From Callorhinchus milii (lineage: Eukaryota): a stretch of DNA of 64,000 bases. Below are positions 13,696 through 27,146 of the stretch, piece after piece. The stretch's first letter is position 1. Every line of letters begins with the position of its first letter. The notes beneath the pieces are model-generated. The model was not told where the DNA came from and made no database searches. It saw only the letters and a list, made by a program, of their open reading frames with translations. The translations under genes were made by a program, and so were the position numbers. The DNA lies in assembly GCF_018977255.1 (NCBI RefSeq), contig NW_024704742.1:27592001-27656000 (forward strand), in the 5' to 3' direction.

Positions 13696-16600
13696 TTGTG
13701 TTTAAATCTGGTTAACTCCAGTGTTCTCTGAAATCTATGTAATCATCCTGAAATATTTATTTTGGTTTCGATAGGGAAAATGAGGAACATTTCATAACCT
13801 TCCCTGAAATACAGCAGTCTACATATGACTCTACTTGGTGACTGCTCTTGCCCTTGACTTTGTGCTAACGAACTAAATAATCTATTAACAGGCTGCAAAG
13901 TAAGTAAATATTGAAGTTGGGAAACCAGAATAATGTTGCCGTTGAATGGTTCAAAGCAGTTTTTGAAACTCTTTGTTTATAGTGGGTGGGGGGTGGTGGG
14001 AGGACATGAATAATCTATCAAGACCTCTCCCTCTGTGAGTAACAAATTGCACTTGAAAAAAATCCTCTGCATTTTATTCTCAGTTTGTTAGAAACAAATT
14101 CTGAGCTCCTTGTCTTCTTTGATTGAGACACAGCCAAGGTCAACAGACTGTTTTTTTCCTCTAACAAAAAAACACTTGTGGATTGATTTTGACAAATGCT
14201 AAACTAGTGCTAAAATCACACTCTGGGTCTTGTCACTACGTTAAGCTTTACCTAAAGACCTTGTGGAATAGCTGATGCTCTTCACAGCCCATGGAAGATT
14301 CTTTTAGTTTTGTGAGGCTTTGGAACAACCTCAGCAGAACTTGAGGAGGTGTCAGGCCAGCTCAGTTGGTAGCACTCTCGCCTCTGAGTCGGAAGGTTGT
14401 GGGTTCAAGCCTCACATTGAAACTTTGAATTCACATTGTCTACAAATACTTTGCTGAGAATCCTGTGAATTGCTTTCAGACATCCTCCTGATATGTAAGA
14501 AGCTTGATCAAAGGAAAGGATTGTTATTTATAGGATTATAAACTTTGTTTCTCTGCCAAATTGAAGGGTTCTTAGTTGATGTTTCTCAATCTGACTGTGG
14601 AGTCTGGCTTTCTTCCCCTTCGGGCCTGAAATGCCACCGTGTGTGCCACAATTTTCCAAAATCATTTACAAATCTAACTAATCAATTAGGATGCATTTTG
14701 TTTACATTTATCTTTGCCTCTGATTAAGTGTTCTTTAATTCATTGTAACGATTTTTAAAAAAATTATGCTGGATTTTGAATGAAGTGGGAGAATAGGATA
14801 AGACTATCAATTAGTAAATGTGTAAAGTCATTTCAGGATGCATCTTCAGGTCTGTACAATGTTCCTCAGTTGAAATTACTGTGTTGAATTTCAAGTCTAC
14901 CACGAGGAAACAAAATTGTGAGGCTAAAACATTTTCCTGTATTCAATCATTTTAAATGTTGGTGACTCTTTTCCCTAAGTACTTTTTTGAAGTCTAAAAG
15001 GACAATCTAGTCTGAGACTCTCATTTCCATTTGAGAAGGTATTCAGTTACTTGACATGAACCCAGTTAAATGCGCCTTTTCACATTTCAAAGAATTCAGA
15101 TTTTGGAGACAAGGTTTGTTTTTAAGCATTTTTTTTCACAATGTTTGCTCTGGTTGGGTTTACCTGCATTATACAATCCAGCCCTGTTTACAGCAAATTT
15201 ACAACATGGAAGGAGTTTTATGTGTTTCATGTTTATGCTGGCTCTAAAAAACATATCAATTTAGTCCCATTATCTTGCCTTTTCCTCATACCCTTTAATA
15301 TTTCTCTTTATTGACATTTATCCATTTCCCCTTTAAAGCTAACATAGATTCTACTTAAACAACAGTTCCAGATTGAGTATTTTACAACCTAACAACCCTC
15401 TATGTAAAACAACCTCTTCTAACTTCTTCCTTTTGTTTGTTTGCTAATCATGTTATATGTGTGCCCTCAAGTTACTGACTCACCAACCAGTGGAAATAAC
15501 AACAACAACAAATAATCCCTCCCTGTTTACTTCATTTACTTGGCCAAATTGTCTGCTCCCAATCTCCCGTTGATAATTCTGTGCAAATGGCTGCTGAGTG
15601 TGCACAAGAAAGACCTGGAGTGGCTTGTCTTTTGATTTGATTTCTCTCTCCCTGGTCTGTAGAAATTGCCTAGCTTGCACATGATGATTGCTCTGTATAT
15701 TAAACATCGACTGCCTTTCCGTCACCTTCGTATCCTTTACAAAGAGAGCTTCAAGAGCTACATAAATTATCCTTTTAAATGAAGATTCAATCTACTATAT
15801 ACTGCCGTGTTTAGTGGTGATTTGTTTCAAAGATAATCCTTTTGTGGTCTTATTTTGCAAATCATTTTCTATTTTCTTCCAATTTTTTCTTTAAATCTTT
15901 TTGCAATAATCTGCCATACTGTGACAAGATAGTAAACTGTTTACAAGACTGCTTGCTCCATTTGAACAGATGCCTCCTTTACTCATAATTCAATGTTGAC
16001 CACTATTTTGTTGATAATTCCACTTTTTATTCATTAACTTTCTTCAATTTGCGATTCCTCAGTGCATTCATTTCTCTCACTAAGACATTGATCCATTTGA
16101 AAAAAACATTTATGCAGACTCATTCAGTTGATGGATGTAAGTATTTTCTCATTTCAGGCATCCGGTTTCATCATCAACCATTCCAAGTCAAGTTACAAAG
16201 TTACACTCGCTTACAATCACTCCAATTTTACCAGTTGCTACATCAAATCAAGGGCAGTGTTATTGTGTGAGCTTACACCCCACTAGGAACTGAGATGAGA
16301 CTGCGCAAACTCATACCTCCCCTAATAGCCGATACTGAGGCTTTCACTTGTTCCATCCGTGCTGGATTTAATCCTAGCCATTAGTGGATGAGGATGATGC
16401 ACTCTCGGAGTCTGTTCCAGGAAAAGACACAGGCTACATTCCACCTATTTATTAATTATTTACTCATATACCACCAAACACTCCCATCACATTTTTTTAA
16501 AATTTAATATATATATATCTATATTTATTTGTTGATGTATATTTACTCTTGTCTCAGACAGTATCGAACCCATTACAGAAAAGAAGAAGCAACATGTTAT

Positions 16601-17214
16601 TATCCAGTTACAGAGCACAACAGACCCGGCCCCTTGTGGTGGGGTGGCCTCTGTTCACTCCTCCACTTTGGTGAAGGGATCAAGGCTTCCCTGCCTCGGG
16701 GTTCTGCCACCTTTTGCAGGGCGCAGTTACAACTGGGGTCTTGTACACACCCTCCCCATCCCTCCCCTCTTAGTGGAGAGTGTGGACAGGTTTACAGCAC
16801 GCAGGTTGTGCACACATTTTTTGGGGGACGCTCCCTTTAAGACAGTTGGGAATCTCCCCTGTGTGTACTGCATCTATGTGCGCGCCTGCACATACCCTGA
16901 TATGATAAGGCCCACTTGCCATTTTCAGATGTGCACCGTACGGCACATGTTTACTCAAACACACGCCCGGAAATCTCGCTAACACAAACTCGTACACATA
17001 CACTGTATACCAAGCCAGTCCTACCCACGTCACCGCGCCATCCCTGCCAGGGCTCTGCTCCCTTTTTTCTACAGGGGGCAGTTACACGGGTGGGCTTTTC
17101 CTGGCTCTGCCGTCATTTTAACAGGACAATGAGACTTTACCTCACTCCCTGCCACACCCCCTTTATGGGGGCAGGCAGACATACATACATTTCCGGGATG
17201 CTCTTTGTTTAAAT

Positions 17215-17520
17215 ATGCCTCACACCTAAAGCATCAGAAGCCCTTATCCATGTATTCATCACCTCCTGCCTCGATTTTTCCAATACTTCCTCATCTATCT
17301 CCCCAACTTCATGATTCATAAAATCCAATTATGTCAAAACTTCGCTGTCTGTATCCTTACCCATACTAAATTCCACAGTCCCAGCTCCCCAGTCCTTACC
17401 AAGCTCCACTGGCTCCCTATTGAAGAATGGGTCGATTTCAAGATCCTCAGACTTACATAGAAATCACTTTGTGCATCTTCCTACCTCTCTGACCTGCTTA
17501 AAATATAATTTTGTTGTTGT
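17215..17520 (+). mobile_element. Old L2 LINE ORF2 C-terminal fragment
   Basis: Translates ALIHVFITSCLDFSN, then LHWLP and FKIL motifs; ends in (ttg)n. Confidence 0.75.
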
Positions 17521-17604
17521 AGCTGTCCCAGCTCCATGTTGAATCCCCTGCTGAGTGTTGAACCCTCTGCTGTCTGCCTTACCTGAAGCAAACACCTTTA
17601 ACTT

Positions 17605-17719
17605 CTTTTGTCCACAAAGTATACGGTCAATTCACTTTACATTATATTCTGTGAAGCGCTTTGAGATGTCTTGAAGATGTGATAAGGCGCAATATCAAAT
17701 ACAAGGATGATTATTATTA
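17605..17719 (+). mobile_element. Young SINE 3' fragment
   Basis: gtcaattcactttac...gtgaagcgctttgaga...ggatgattattatta. Confidence 0.75.
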
Positions 17720-18653
17720 CTGGAAATGAGTATAAAAAGGGCGGTTTGCAGAAAGGTGTGAATATAATTGGATTCTTCTACAGAGTTTGCTTATTGATGA
17801 AATATGTTTAAACATGAAATGTAATATTCAAGCCTTGCTAACTTGACTATTGTCTGATGATAACAATCAATAAATGCTTAATTGATTGAAGTCTGAGAGA
17901 GTGTCATATTTATCGCTGAGAGCACCTGAGGTACGTATCTTACCGGCTGAGAGGTATTATCTGACCTCTGGAGGTAACAAAGTGACCTCAAAATAGAGAG
18001 AAAGTGCTCTAGGAAGATACCACTCAGCAAACATTGACAGACTGCAATATAATTGGCAGCATGGCTTAGAATTTTTATCCCCACTTAGGTAGTTTGTAGA
18101 TAGATACACCAAATAATCAGGAATCTATTCCAATGGTATGCAACAATCTGACATTCAGACTCTGGTTCTAAGAACTGGTATTGTGGCATGATACTCACTT
18201 GCTTTAAATGCACAATGGAGTAAACAAAGGAAATCTATTGCATAACATTTGGAGCATTCATCGTCAGTTTTAATGCCTTTCTGCGATGGTAATATATCGC
18301 CAATTGATCAGTTGCTCTGCTTATTGCCAGATATGGATAGAATGCAAGTCAGCTGTAACTGCTTGTAAAATTGACGATGTGTTGCCATTGTTACTTACAA
18401 CATTCTTTGTCTGTGTTTGATAATACTTGCTTTTGACATAATGCATTACCATGCTGAAATGTTCAAAGCTTTTCATATAATTAATTATTTTGAAGCGTAG
18501 TTACTTCAACTAATGTAAGCAAACATACTGCCTACTCAGCACCACCAACATCCTACAAATAGCAATTAGTAAGAAAACAAAATTAACTGATATTCGTANT
18601 TTTTGGTGAATAGGGACGAGGGAGAAACTAAAACTTGTTCTTAAAAATAATAT

Positions 18654-18900
18654 GGAATGTGCATTCTCTCCCAGGAGAGACCTATCTTGCTTCCCTAATT
18701 CCGGATGCCAACCTGCGCCCAATAATTCCGGAATTAGGTAAGCAGGATGCATCCCTCCAGGGAGAGAGTGCGCATTCTAGTCCAACAAACTATTCATGGA
18801 ATTTCCATGTGTCGGTCAGATGCATGGAAATCTCAGCTTGGTTTGGATACTCTTAAACATGGTGATGGGTTTCCGCAAGTGTCAGACACTCGGCAGACCC
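18654..18900 (+). mobile_element. Family X copy B, with an inverted duplication at its 5' end
   Basis: Homologous to copy A. 18654-18704 is the approximate reverse complement of 18728-18778. Confidence 0.75.
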
Positions 18901-19079
18901 CCTGCAAAATTAGGAATATCTATAAGACCAAGCGGATGGTTTGATTCAGGTGAGGCATTAAACCAACTCATTAAACCATTAAACCAACTCAGCCACAATA
19001 ATAATTTGGTATCTATCTGCTTTTATATTAGAAATGAGTCTTCTGCACAAACAACAAATCTTAATCAATGGCAAGTTAT

Positions 19080-19310
19080 GCAGCTTTAGCTGATTAAACT
19101 CCATCAATACCCCGATACACACTCTGGGGTCCCCTTGGCTCTTGCCAACCTGCGCATAATATTTTCTGGATTGGGATAAGCAGGATGCAAGCAAAGAGTG
19201 CCATTCCAGACATGGGAATTCCCATGTATAGATGGTATGCACTGAACTCTCAGTCTGATTCGGATACTCTTAAGCATGATGATAGGTTTCTGTATGTGTC
19301 AGACACAGCC
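19080..19310 (+). mobile_element. Family X copy C
   Basis: tttagctgattaaactcca...ggatactcttaagcatgatgataggtttctgtatgtgtcagaca. Confidence 0.7.
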
Positions 19311-22300
19311 AAACTGATTAATTAAAGAAAAGACTGTGGGCAAAACGCTGCAGCCAGCTGCACACAGCAATATCCCACAAACAGCCATGGAGTGAGTGAC
19401 CAATTTTATTTGGGGGATCGTTGGCCAAAACACCATGAGGAAAACCCTTCTCTTTTCCAATATTGCCACAGTATCTTTTAGATCCGTTACCTTATATTCA
19501 TGACCCCTTCTTATAGACTTGCTGACGTGGAAACAGTCTCTTTAAGTCCACCTTATTGAATACCTTCAGAATTTTAAACGTCTCGATAAGGTCCCCTCAC
19601 AACCGTCCTCGGAAATATATATCAGAACAGAATTGGGGGTGGTGGGGGTAGAGAAAGGAAAAGGATAAAAGCCACTTTTTGTTAAGACCATGGAATGGAT
19701 TGTAGAGATAGAAAATGCAATTGTTTATTCAAATCATCAGTCACTCTTTAAACTAAACATAGCTGAGGATTTCAAGGAAGCTTCAACAATTTACATTAGG
19801 CTTGGTTTCATGGTGTTTCCCCTTTATGCAGGATCTTAATTAAACAGCGAGTGGAGTGCTCACCATCTATTAGATACCTTTAACACATTTTTTAAATGTT
19901 CTACAGTACTGTTTGCTATGTGAATTAGGGGCATTGGTGGCAGAGATTCTGCAATAACTATGGCTTCATTTCAATTGCTGTAGTAAAAAGCTAAGGTCAG
20001 CTCTGTTACATCAGATTGGGTTTTATATTCTGGCAGGCTTCGTGCTGCTCGTTCGATTAGGACCACCCTGGCCCTTAGAGAATCCAGGTTATTAAGAATC
20101 GAGTAGGAAGAATCCCTGCCTCAGGCGACTGGCCTTGGAACAAGCCAGGCCGGAGTGCTGATCACCCGCATGGCTCAGGAACCGGACTACCAAGACTGCC
20201 AGAGGATCAACTCGATTTCGACATTCTGTTGCCAGGCACAGGCCTTGGGTCCAGCTCAGCCCCAAGAAAGACCCCATTTACCTCCCACTTAAGGGGGACA
20301 GTCACTAGCTAGTCATTAGAGTAGATCTCAAAGAGCCTTGTGCTCGGCAAAGCTTTCTCTTTCAGTAACTAATTATCTTGATGCCAACTTTTGATAAATC
20401 TTCCCAATTTCTGTTAAAGCCACGGTTACAAGTTGATTAATTTCAGCCCCCGTTGTTGTGTTGCTCATTGTTGTCATGGTTAGTGATCAGTTAATACAGT
20501 TTTGTCATTTAATTTCACTATGATTATGTTACGGGCTTACAAATAATATTTACAAAGGAGAAATGTGCGACTCACTGTTCAATCTGCCTGTTGGAAAGCA
20601 GTGACATTTCCTGTGCAATGGACTCACATAAATGACCAAGCAAAACATCTAATCCAATAAGCATTTAGTTATACCTGGCAATCAATCAGTATCATAAAAG
20701 CAATAATATGGGGGGGAGGAACAATTCTAATTTCAATACTTATTCGTACTACACATGTATAATAGTTTCTACAGTGCAAAATGACAGTAAAAATATTTCT
20801 TATTCTCTCTCTTGCTTTAGGGCAGTAAATGTGATAACATTATCTGGAAAGTGCAGCAATGAACTGCTCAAGCAAATGTGCCAGAGTCCAGCCATGTCTC
20901 GGAATACATATTTATATGAAACTAACAAAACATGGTATTGCAGGTAGCTGTTTTTCAATGATGGGTTGTGTTTTGCTGATGATGCACAATCTTAGGCTAA
21001 CTCAGAATTATGAGAGTAACGTTAGTTTATCCACTGCCCCCCAAAATCAAAAGAGTTAAGCAATGTGGAACAAATCAATGTCAAACACCAAAGTGAACTC
21101 AAATTGGATCACAAGCTCAGGGGAAAAGTGGGGCCATGATGATACCGTTTCAAAATCACGATAGGGAAGTTTTCATTCAATAAGCATCGTCTAATCACGG
21201 TGTTTTTTTTTGCTTCTCCTGGGAGGGAATTGAGTGGCTAACAACACCTTGCATTTTTTGCACTCTTCATATGAGGTAGCATCCTGGAGCACTTAAGAGA
21301 GAGAGGGACAGTGACCATAGGCACAGCCGAAGAAGAAGATGTTCAGGTGCAATCTGAAGACAGGCAAGAAGAGGGCAAGGTGGAGGGATTCAGGCAGAGA
21401 GTTACAGAATCTCGGGGTGTAGTGGCTGAAAGCACGCCCAATCATGGTGGAATGGAGGAGAGAAGGGGTATGAAGGAGGGCAGAGACAGTTTAGCGAAAG
21501 GGGTAGGAGTGGGTTTAGGAAACCCCTCAACTCTCCTTGCATTTTATTCTGCTTTGGTTCAGACTCACTGCTTGTACTATTTTCAGTCAGGATTATCCTC
21601 ATTAGGATTTCCTGGCTCAAGAAATAAGGTCAGCAGACCAGTTATATGTTCACATTGAAGTATGTGATAGCTCCTAACTCAACACTGTACCTCAAGAAAA
21701 GCTCTTCATGAGTAATGCCATAGGCAGAAGTCACATATCAACACATAATCCCAGGCAACACAAGGGGTCAGAAATTTCGCTCAAAATCACAAGTGATGTG
21801 CAAGTGATATTGTGATGCTATTATGGGGTGATTATCAGTGTGACTGGCAGGGAAATAACTTCATGACCCAGATAAATTAAATTGATGGGCTGAAAATCTT
21901 TGTTTGCAGCCCCACAAAGGTTCTTTATGAAGTGGATTTAGGTATTCCCTACCTTGTTCCTAATGGCATTAATAGTACATTCAGTTCAAGGGTACAATCA
22001 AAGAAATATTGGAATAGGGATGGACGTTACGATAAATGTAGACTTGGCTATGGGCTCAACATACAGGTTCTGAAGTTGCTCAGATCAGTGTGAAGGACAA
22101 AATGGAAATGTTCAAGTAACAGCAGCGATTAACTCGACCCCTTCAGGAGAGATAAATCCTCTGGAGATCTTGAACTGTTATCATTATGCTGTGGGGGCAT
22201 GTATCAAGTATTTATACTTGCATATTCTGTGCTCTTTAGAAATGCTGTGGTCGCAACAACGTGAACAACCAGGGTTAATATCCTTTTTAAACTTGAAATC

Positions 22301-22699
22301 TCGGACTCTTATCAGTGCCACACGGAATTGGATGTCTTTCAACATACTTGCTCTTTAAAAATGTTTGCAATCAAAGTGCTTTCATTTATCATCATGGCTA
22401 CAGTCACAACTGTGGCTTGCTGCATGACAGGAAAATTATTGTGGGATACAAAATCAGGCAGCGTGAAACGCAGAAGAACTTTGTTATTTTTTATATTACG
22501 AGTATCACCGCTTTTTGTAAAACTGTCAGACCCACTCAAATGTGTAGCTTTGTGTTGATTTACAGAAATTGGTACAATCTAAGCCACTTTGGGTTCAGGT
22601 TTGCCACTCAGCCGTAATGTCTGTATTTTCTGAACTGCAGTTATTAAGTTATTGCCCAAATTGCAGAAGTAGCCCCGAGTTTATAATTGTATTTAACAT

Positions 22700-22890
22700 T
22701 GCTGGATGTTAAACCTGAACAAGCAGACAGGATCTCGGTTTAACATCTCATCCAAAGAATAGTACCTCCAACAAAGCAGCGCTTATCTACCAGTGCACTA
22801 AAGTACCAGTCTCTGCTATGAGTTATAAGTCATGACGCTGGTAGCTTGAACACACATTCTTCTGACTCAGAGGCAAGAATGTGAACACCT
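22700..22890 (-). mobile_element. Old Deu-domain SINE 5' half
   Basis: ttctgactcagaggcaag and cggtttaacatctcatcc are reverse complements of head and core. Confidence 0.65.
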
Positions 22891-23061
22891 AAAGCACTCA
22901 AAAGGCAGAGTTAAGAAGAGCGTAGCTAAATTGGAAAGATTTGTTTTTAACGTTGTTGTTGAGTGATACTGACAAGAAATCATGTAGATTTGGGAGCCTT
23001 AAGTATATACCTTCATAGTACTTATTAATAGTCTTACCCTGGACTCAATCTCAGTACCATA

Positions 23062-23442
23062 AAACAACAACAACTAAATTACATTTATAAAGCGCCTGTC
23101 ACATCGGGAGGACGTCCCAAAGCGCTGAACAGTCAGGTGTTGAGGTCCGAACATGAGGGAGGGGTGGTGTAGGGGTGAGGGAAGGCAGAGTGGTGGGAGG
23201 GAGACCAAAGGCATGATCGAAGAGAAAGGTGTTGAGACCGGCTTTGAAGGAGGCAAGAGAGGAACCGAGGCGAAGGGACCGTGGGGTGGAGTTCCAGAGT
23301 GTGGAGGCAGGGAGGTTGAAAGCCCGGCCACCGATGATAGGGCGGATCGGGCACGAGCCATGGAGCAGACCGGAGCCTGCCGAACGGAGGGAGATTGGTA
23401 GGGAGTCAGCAGGTCAGAGAAGTAGGAGAAAGCAAGGCCATG
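23062..23442 (-). mobile_element. L2 LINE 3' end
   Basis: Reverse complement of the 6108-6503 family, with (caa)n at the left end. Confidence 0.85.
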
Positions 23443-25989
23443 CATACCTCTATATTGTCATTCATTGGACCTTGTAGAACTACATAAGGTATTCATGGTA
23501 GAGCGCCCTTTTGGTTAAGTTCATTCTATCCTTCAATTGGTGTATTAATTTGCTGTAGTAAATTTCATTCAACTAAAGGTGACTGTATTTTTCTACATAA
23601 TAGAACAAAATTAGATGTGGAAGGCTATAGTCTCAAGGGTTCAGGTTTTTATGACTAATTCTGAGCTGTAAAATCCTATTGCAGTTTGGACAAAATAAAC
23701 CGCATGACAAACTGATAGCACTGTATAAATGTAGTAAATATATATTTGGGCATTTTGAAATAATGTTGTCTAGTCATTCAAATTAGAACTGAGCTCAGCA
23801 GAAAATGCCACACAATTTATTACTACATAATATGTAATATATATTAATAAATGGCAGACAGATTGTTGAAAACACTCTCTTTTAATTTCAATTATTAAAC
23901 AATATTTGGAATTACTTTAGGAAGCGGTGTAATGATAACAGAAATTGAGTTGCAATCATTCAATTAAAAATTATGTCGCCCTTAAGGCACATATGTAGAG
24001 TAACATCCAGAAAAGATTTTTTTCTTTTGAATTATTTTGTTAATTTTATACTTCAATTTTATTTATACTAACAATTCTCCACTAAGAATGTAAATAATTA
24101 GAATTGTTCTAGGTGATTTTATATACTACTGTTGAAATATACACAAAGTAGATTTTCTTACCGTGTTTAAAATTGTAAAAAAATTTGATAAAGTGTAAGT
24201 GGATGGATTATTTCCGCTTGTTGGTGAATCCAAAACAAGGCGGCATAAACATAAGATAAAATATAAGGTAGCTAGTAGCAGATATTGATGCATACGTGAG
24301 GGAGAAGAGAATTAGAAGGGTAAAATGGAGGGGAATAGAACAACAACAACAACAAGATTCCATTTATTGAGCGCCTTTCACGTCGGGAGGACGTCCCAAG
24401 GCGCTGAATAAGAGAGGGTGGGGGTTTGCGTGGAGTATAAACCCTGGCATAGACTAGTTGGGCTGAATGCTGCAACATTCCATGTGATTCTACATTGCTT
24501 TGGTACAAAAAGTAACATGCAGTCAAAATGCTATTTTCTAGATGGACTTCTGCGTCCACATTGCATTTGTCATATGTTTTGCAAAAACAGCACTTTTCTT
24601 TTGAAACTACACCAAGCTTCCCAATGGACTAGTGGATAAATACAGTAGCAGTGTAGCATTAAACCATATTGTTGGAATATGGCCTGTGCTGAATTAATGG
24701 ATTTCAGCTTGCCAACAGTTGGACTGTGCAATTGGGGAAACATCAGCCAGGAATTTTGCTTCTGATCAGTGGCCAGATGGTGTGCTTGTGTATATGTCAG
24801 CAGAGGACAGAATCGGACACGATTGGTATGCCTCTGTTGATCAAGGAGCCTGATAATTCTCACTGTCCAGGATCACACATGAATAATGAAACCTTGGCAG
24901 TCCTTGTAAGTGCACCACAGCAATATGCTCAAGAGGAACAGAGAAATTTGTCAACACTACCCAACAAATAAGACAGCCAGAAACCTCAGAAGGTACTCCC
25001 TGACAGTGGAGGGACACATTATGAAGTGCAGAGGGAAGATTGATGTTTCTTGGGTTTCAGTGAAACATGAGTCAGAAATTATATTCGGCTAAACAAATAA
25101 ATGACCTACGTGTTGACTTGAGGAGGTTTGAAACTAGCCAAGTTTCACACAGACTGTTTTAAAAGTAGCTAGGGCTTTGGCAGCAGCTTTCATCAATGCC
25201 TAAGCTTCCGGCTGTGTTTTGTTTAATATATTTCCAGCTGTAGTTTTCACTGTGCACAGAAGGTATTAATGCAGAATTGCTTTTGATCCCAGAGATCGTT
25301 GCATTAGTTATATAATTATATATATATTATTGTTATTATTATACAAATGTAAGCAAATACGTCTCAGGAGAATTACATTGCTTCTCACAGTCATAAAATA
25401 CACAGCTCCATTAACATCCACATGGCATATGAATTAATTATCATGCATGCTTGTTGATTGTCTTGAATATTACTCGAACTGCTTTATACTGTCGCTCTCC
25501 TATTTGAGGTTGAGAAAGCACTAGTCACTTAAATGATGCCTTGATCTGAGGAAAAGCTGCTAGGGACATAAAGGAGCATCATTTACAAAGGGACCACATT
25601 AAGTAATGTCAACCTGCAAGAACTCTGCTTCAATGAGATCTTGGGATGTTGCCAAATTCTCGTGAGCTTGTTGTGGGAGACGTACTCTATACCCAAAGGC
25701 ATTTTCTTGGTGTCGAGGTATTTAGACTACCCTTATCCTGAAAAGACCTTTTTCATACGTGAATGTCTAGAAGCTTAACAAGCTGTAAGGATGTAAGTTT
25801 TATTTTAACTCTGAAGAAGAAATCAATTACTAAACACTTTGATCTGTTACCATCAGTAAAATCTTACCCATGTTTTACTGGATACTCTGTCTGAATCTGT
25901 TTTGTGTAAACCTAGTGTTTATTGCATCATAATCTGTATATGTGAGTTATGGTATTTTGCAGCAATGACCCAGTGTTGCTTAATCCCTC

Positions 25990-26478
25990 AGTGACCATAC
26001 TTTTAAAATGTCTCAAAGCTCTTTGTAGGATTTACCGTAACTTGCAGTCATGTTGACCTGCGAGAACGCTACTTCGATGAGACTTTGGGTTGTTGCCAAG
26101 TTCTTGAGAGCTTGTTGTGGGAGACATACTTTATTGTAGTATTTGTAGGCAAATACAGCAGCCAATTTATTCACAGTGAAGTCCCACAAACAGCCATGAA
26201 GTGAGTCTACATTTTTTTCTGGAGGACTGTGATCCAGGACACTGGGAGAAACTCACTTCTCTTTTCAAATAGTGCTTTGGGATCTTTAACATCCATCTGA
26301 ACAAGCAAACAGACCTCAGTTAAACATCTTGTATGCAATACGGCACCTCTGACAATACACTATAGTATTGGAGAGTCAGCATAGCATAGAGTGTGAGCTC
26401 AAAGTCACATGTGGTTCTTGAAGCCATAACCTTCTGACTCAAGAGGCGAGAATGCTGTCAACTGAGCCAGACTGACAT
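25990..26478 (-). mobile_element. Old Deu-domain SINE, near full length, interrupted by an 85-bp insert at 26050-26134
   Basis: Head caactgagccagactgaca at the right; core tcccacaaacagccatg; tail fragment tgtctcaaagctct at the left. Confidence 0.7.
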
Positions 26479-26775
26479 TGTCAATTGATAACCATAAGAA
26501 AATGAATACGACTCAAATAGTGATGAAAACTGTAATACTCTGACTAAATCATTTTGGGCAGAGCTCTGCAGATGGTGAATTCTCACCTGGATGACTTCCA
26601 ATACCTATTTAACTGCCTGCTCTCTCCAGATGCTCAAAGCTGAACTTGATTGTTTCAATATCAGTAAGCAATGTTCTGATCCTTACAAATACTCAAGCTT
26701 AGAATCTTTGGCTCCCGCATCAGTCTGAACTAAAACCTTTAGGTTCTCAAGGTCAGTCCTTCATAGGTTCAGTGG

Positions 26776-27091
26776 GTGGAGTCCTGTAGCTCAGTGGTTA
26801 GAGCACTCGCAAGCGAGACACCTGGGTTCAATTCCAGGCAGGGCGAAACCTTGGGCAAGTTTCCTTACTCCACACACCTAATAATAATCCCTCCAAAAAA
26901 CAAAAACAATAATAAATTGGTCATTTTCAATCCACGACTGTTTGTGGGACACTGCTGTGTGCAATTGGCTGCCATGTTTCGCCCACAAATATACAGTTAA
27001 TTCACTTTACAACATATTCTGTGAAGCGCTTTGAGACGTCTAGAAGACGTGAAAAGTACTATATCAAATGCAAGGATTATTCTTATTCTTA
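26776..27091 (+). mobile_element. Full-length young tRNA-derived SINE, short variant
   Basis: Pol III A box TAGCTCAGTGG (26787-26797) and B box GGTTCAATTCC (26825-26835), Deu-like core, L2-like tail with (tta)n. Confidence 0.9.
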
Positions 27092-27146
27092 TATAGACTG
27101 AACCTTGCAGATGTTCAAATCCTGTCTAGTTGGTAGGTTGCGGGAG

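Noticed and set aside
15047..15247. LLDMN after an AG, like the DIAPH DMNL exon
   Set aside because: Continues PVKCAFSHF with no similarity to LNEEKxxPLR.
26776..26845. tRNA gene
   Set aside because: A and B boxes are present, but the sequence continues into a SINE body found in many copies and I cannot fold a full cloverleaf.
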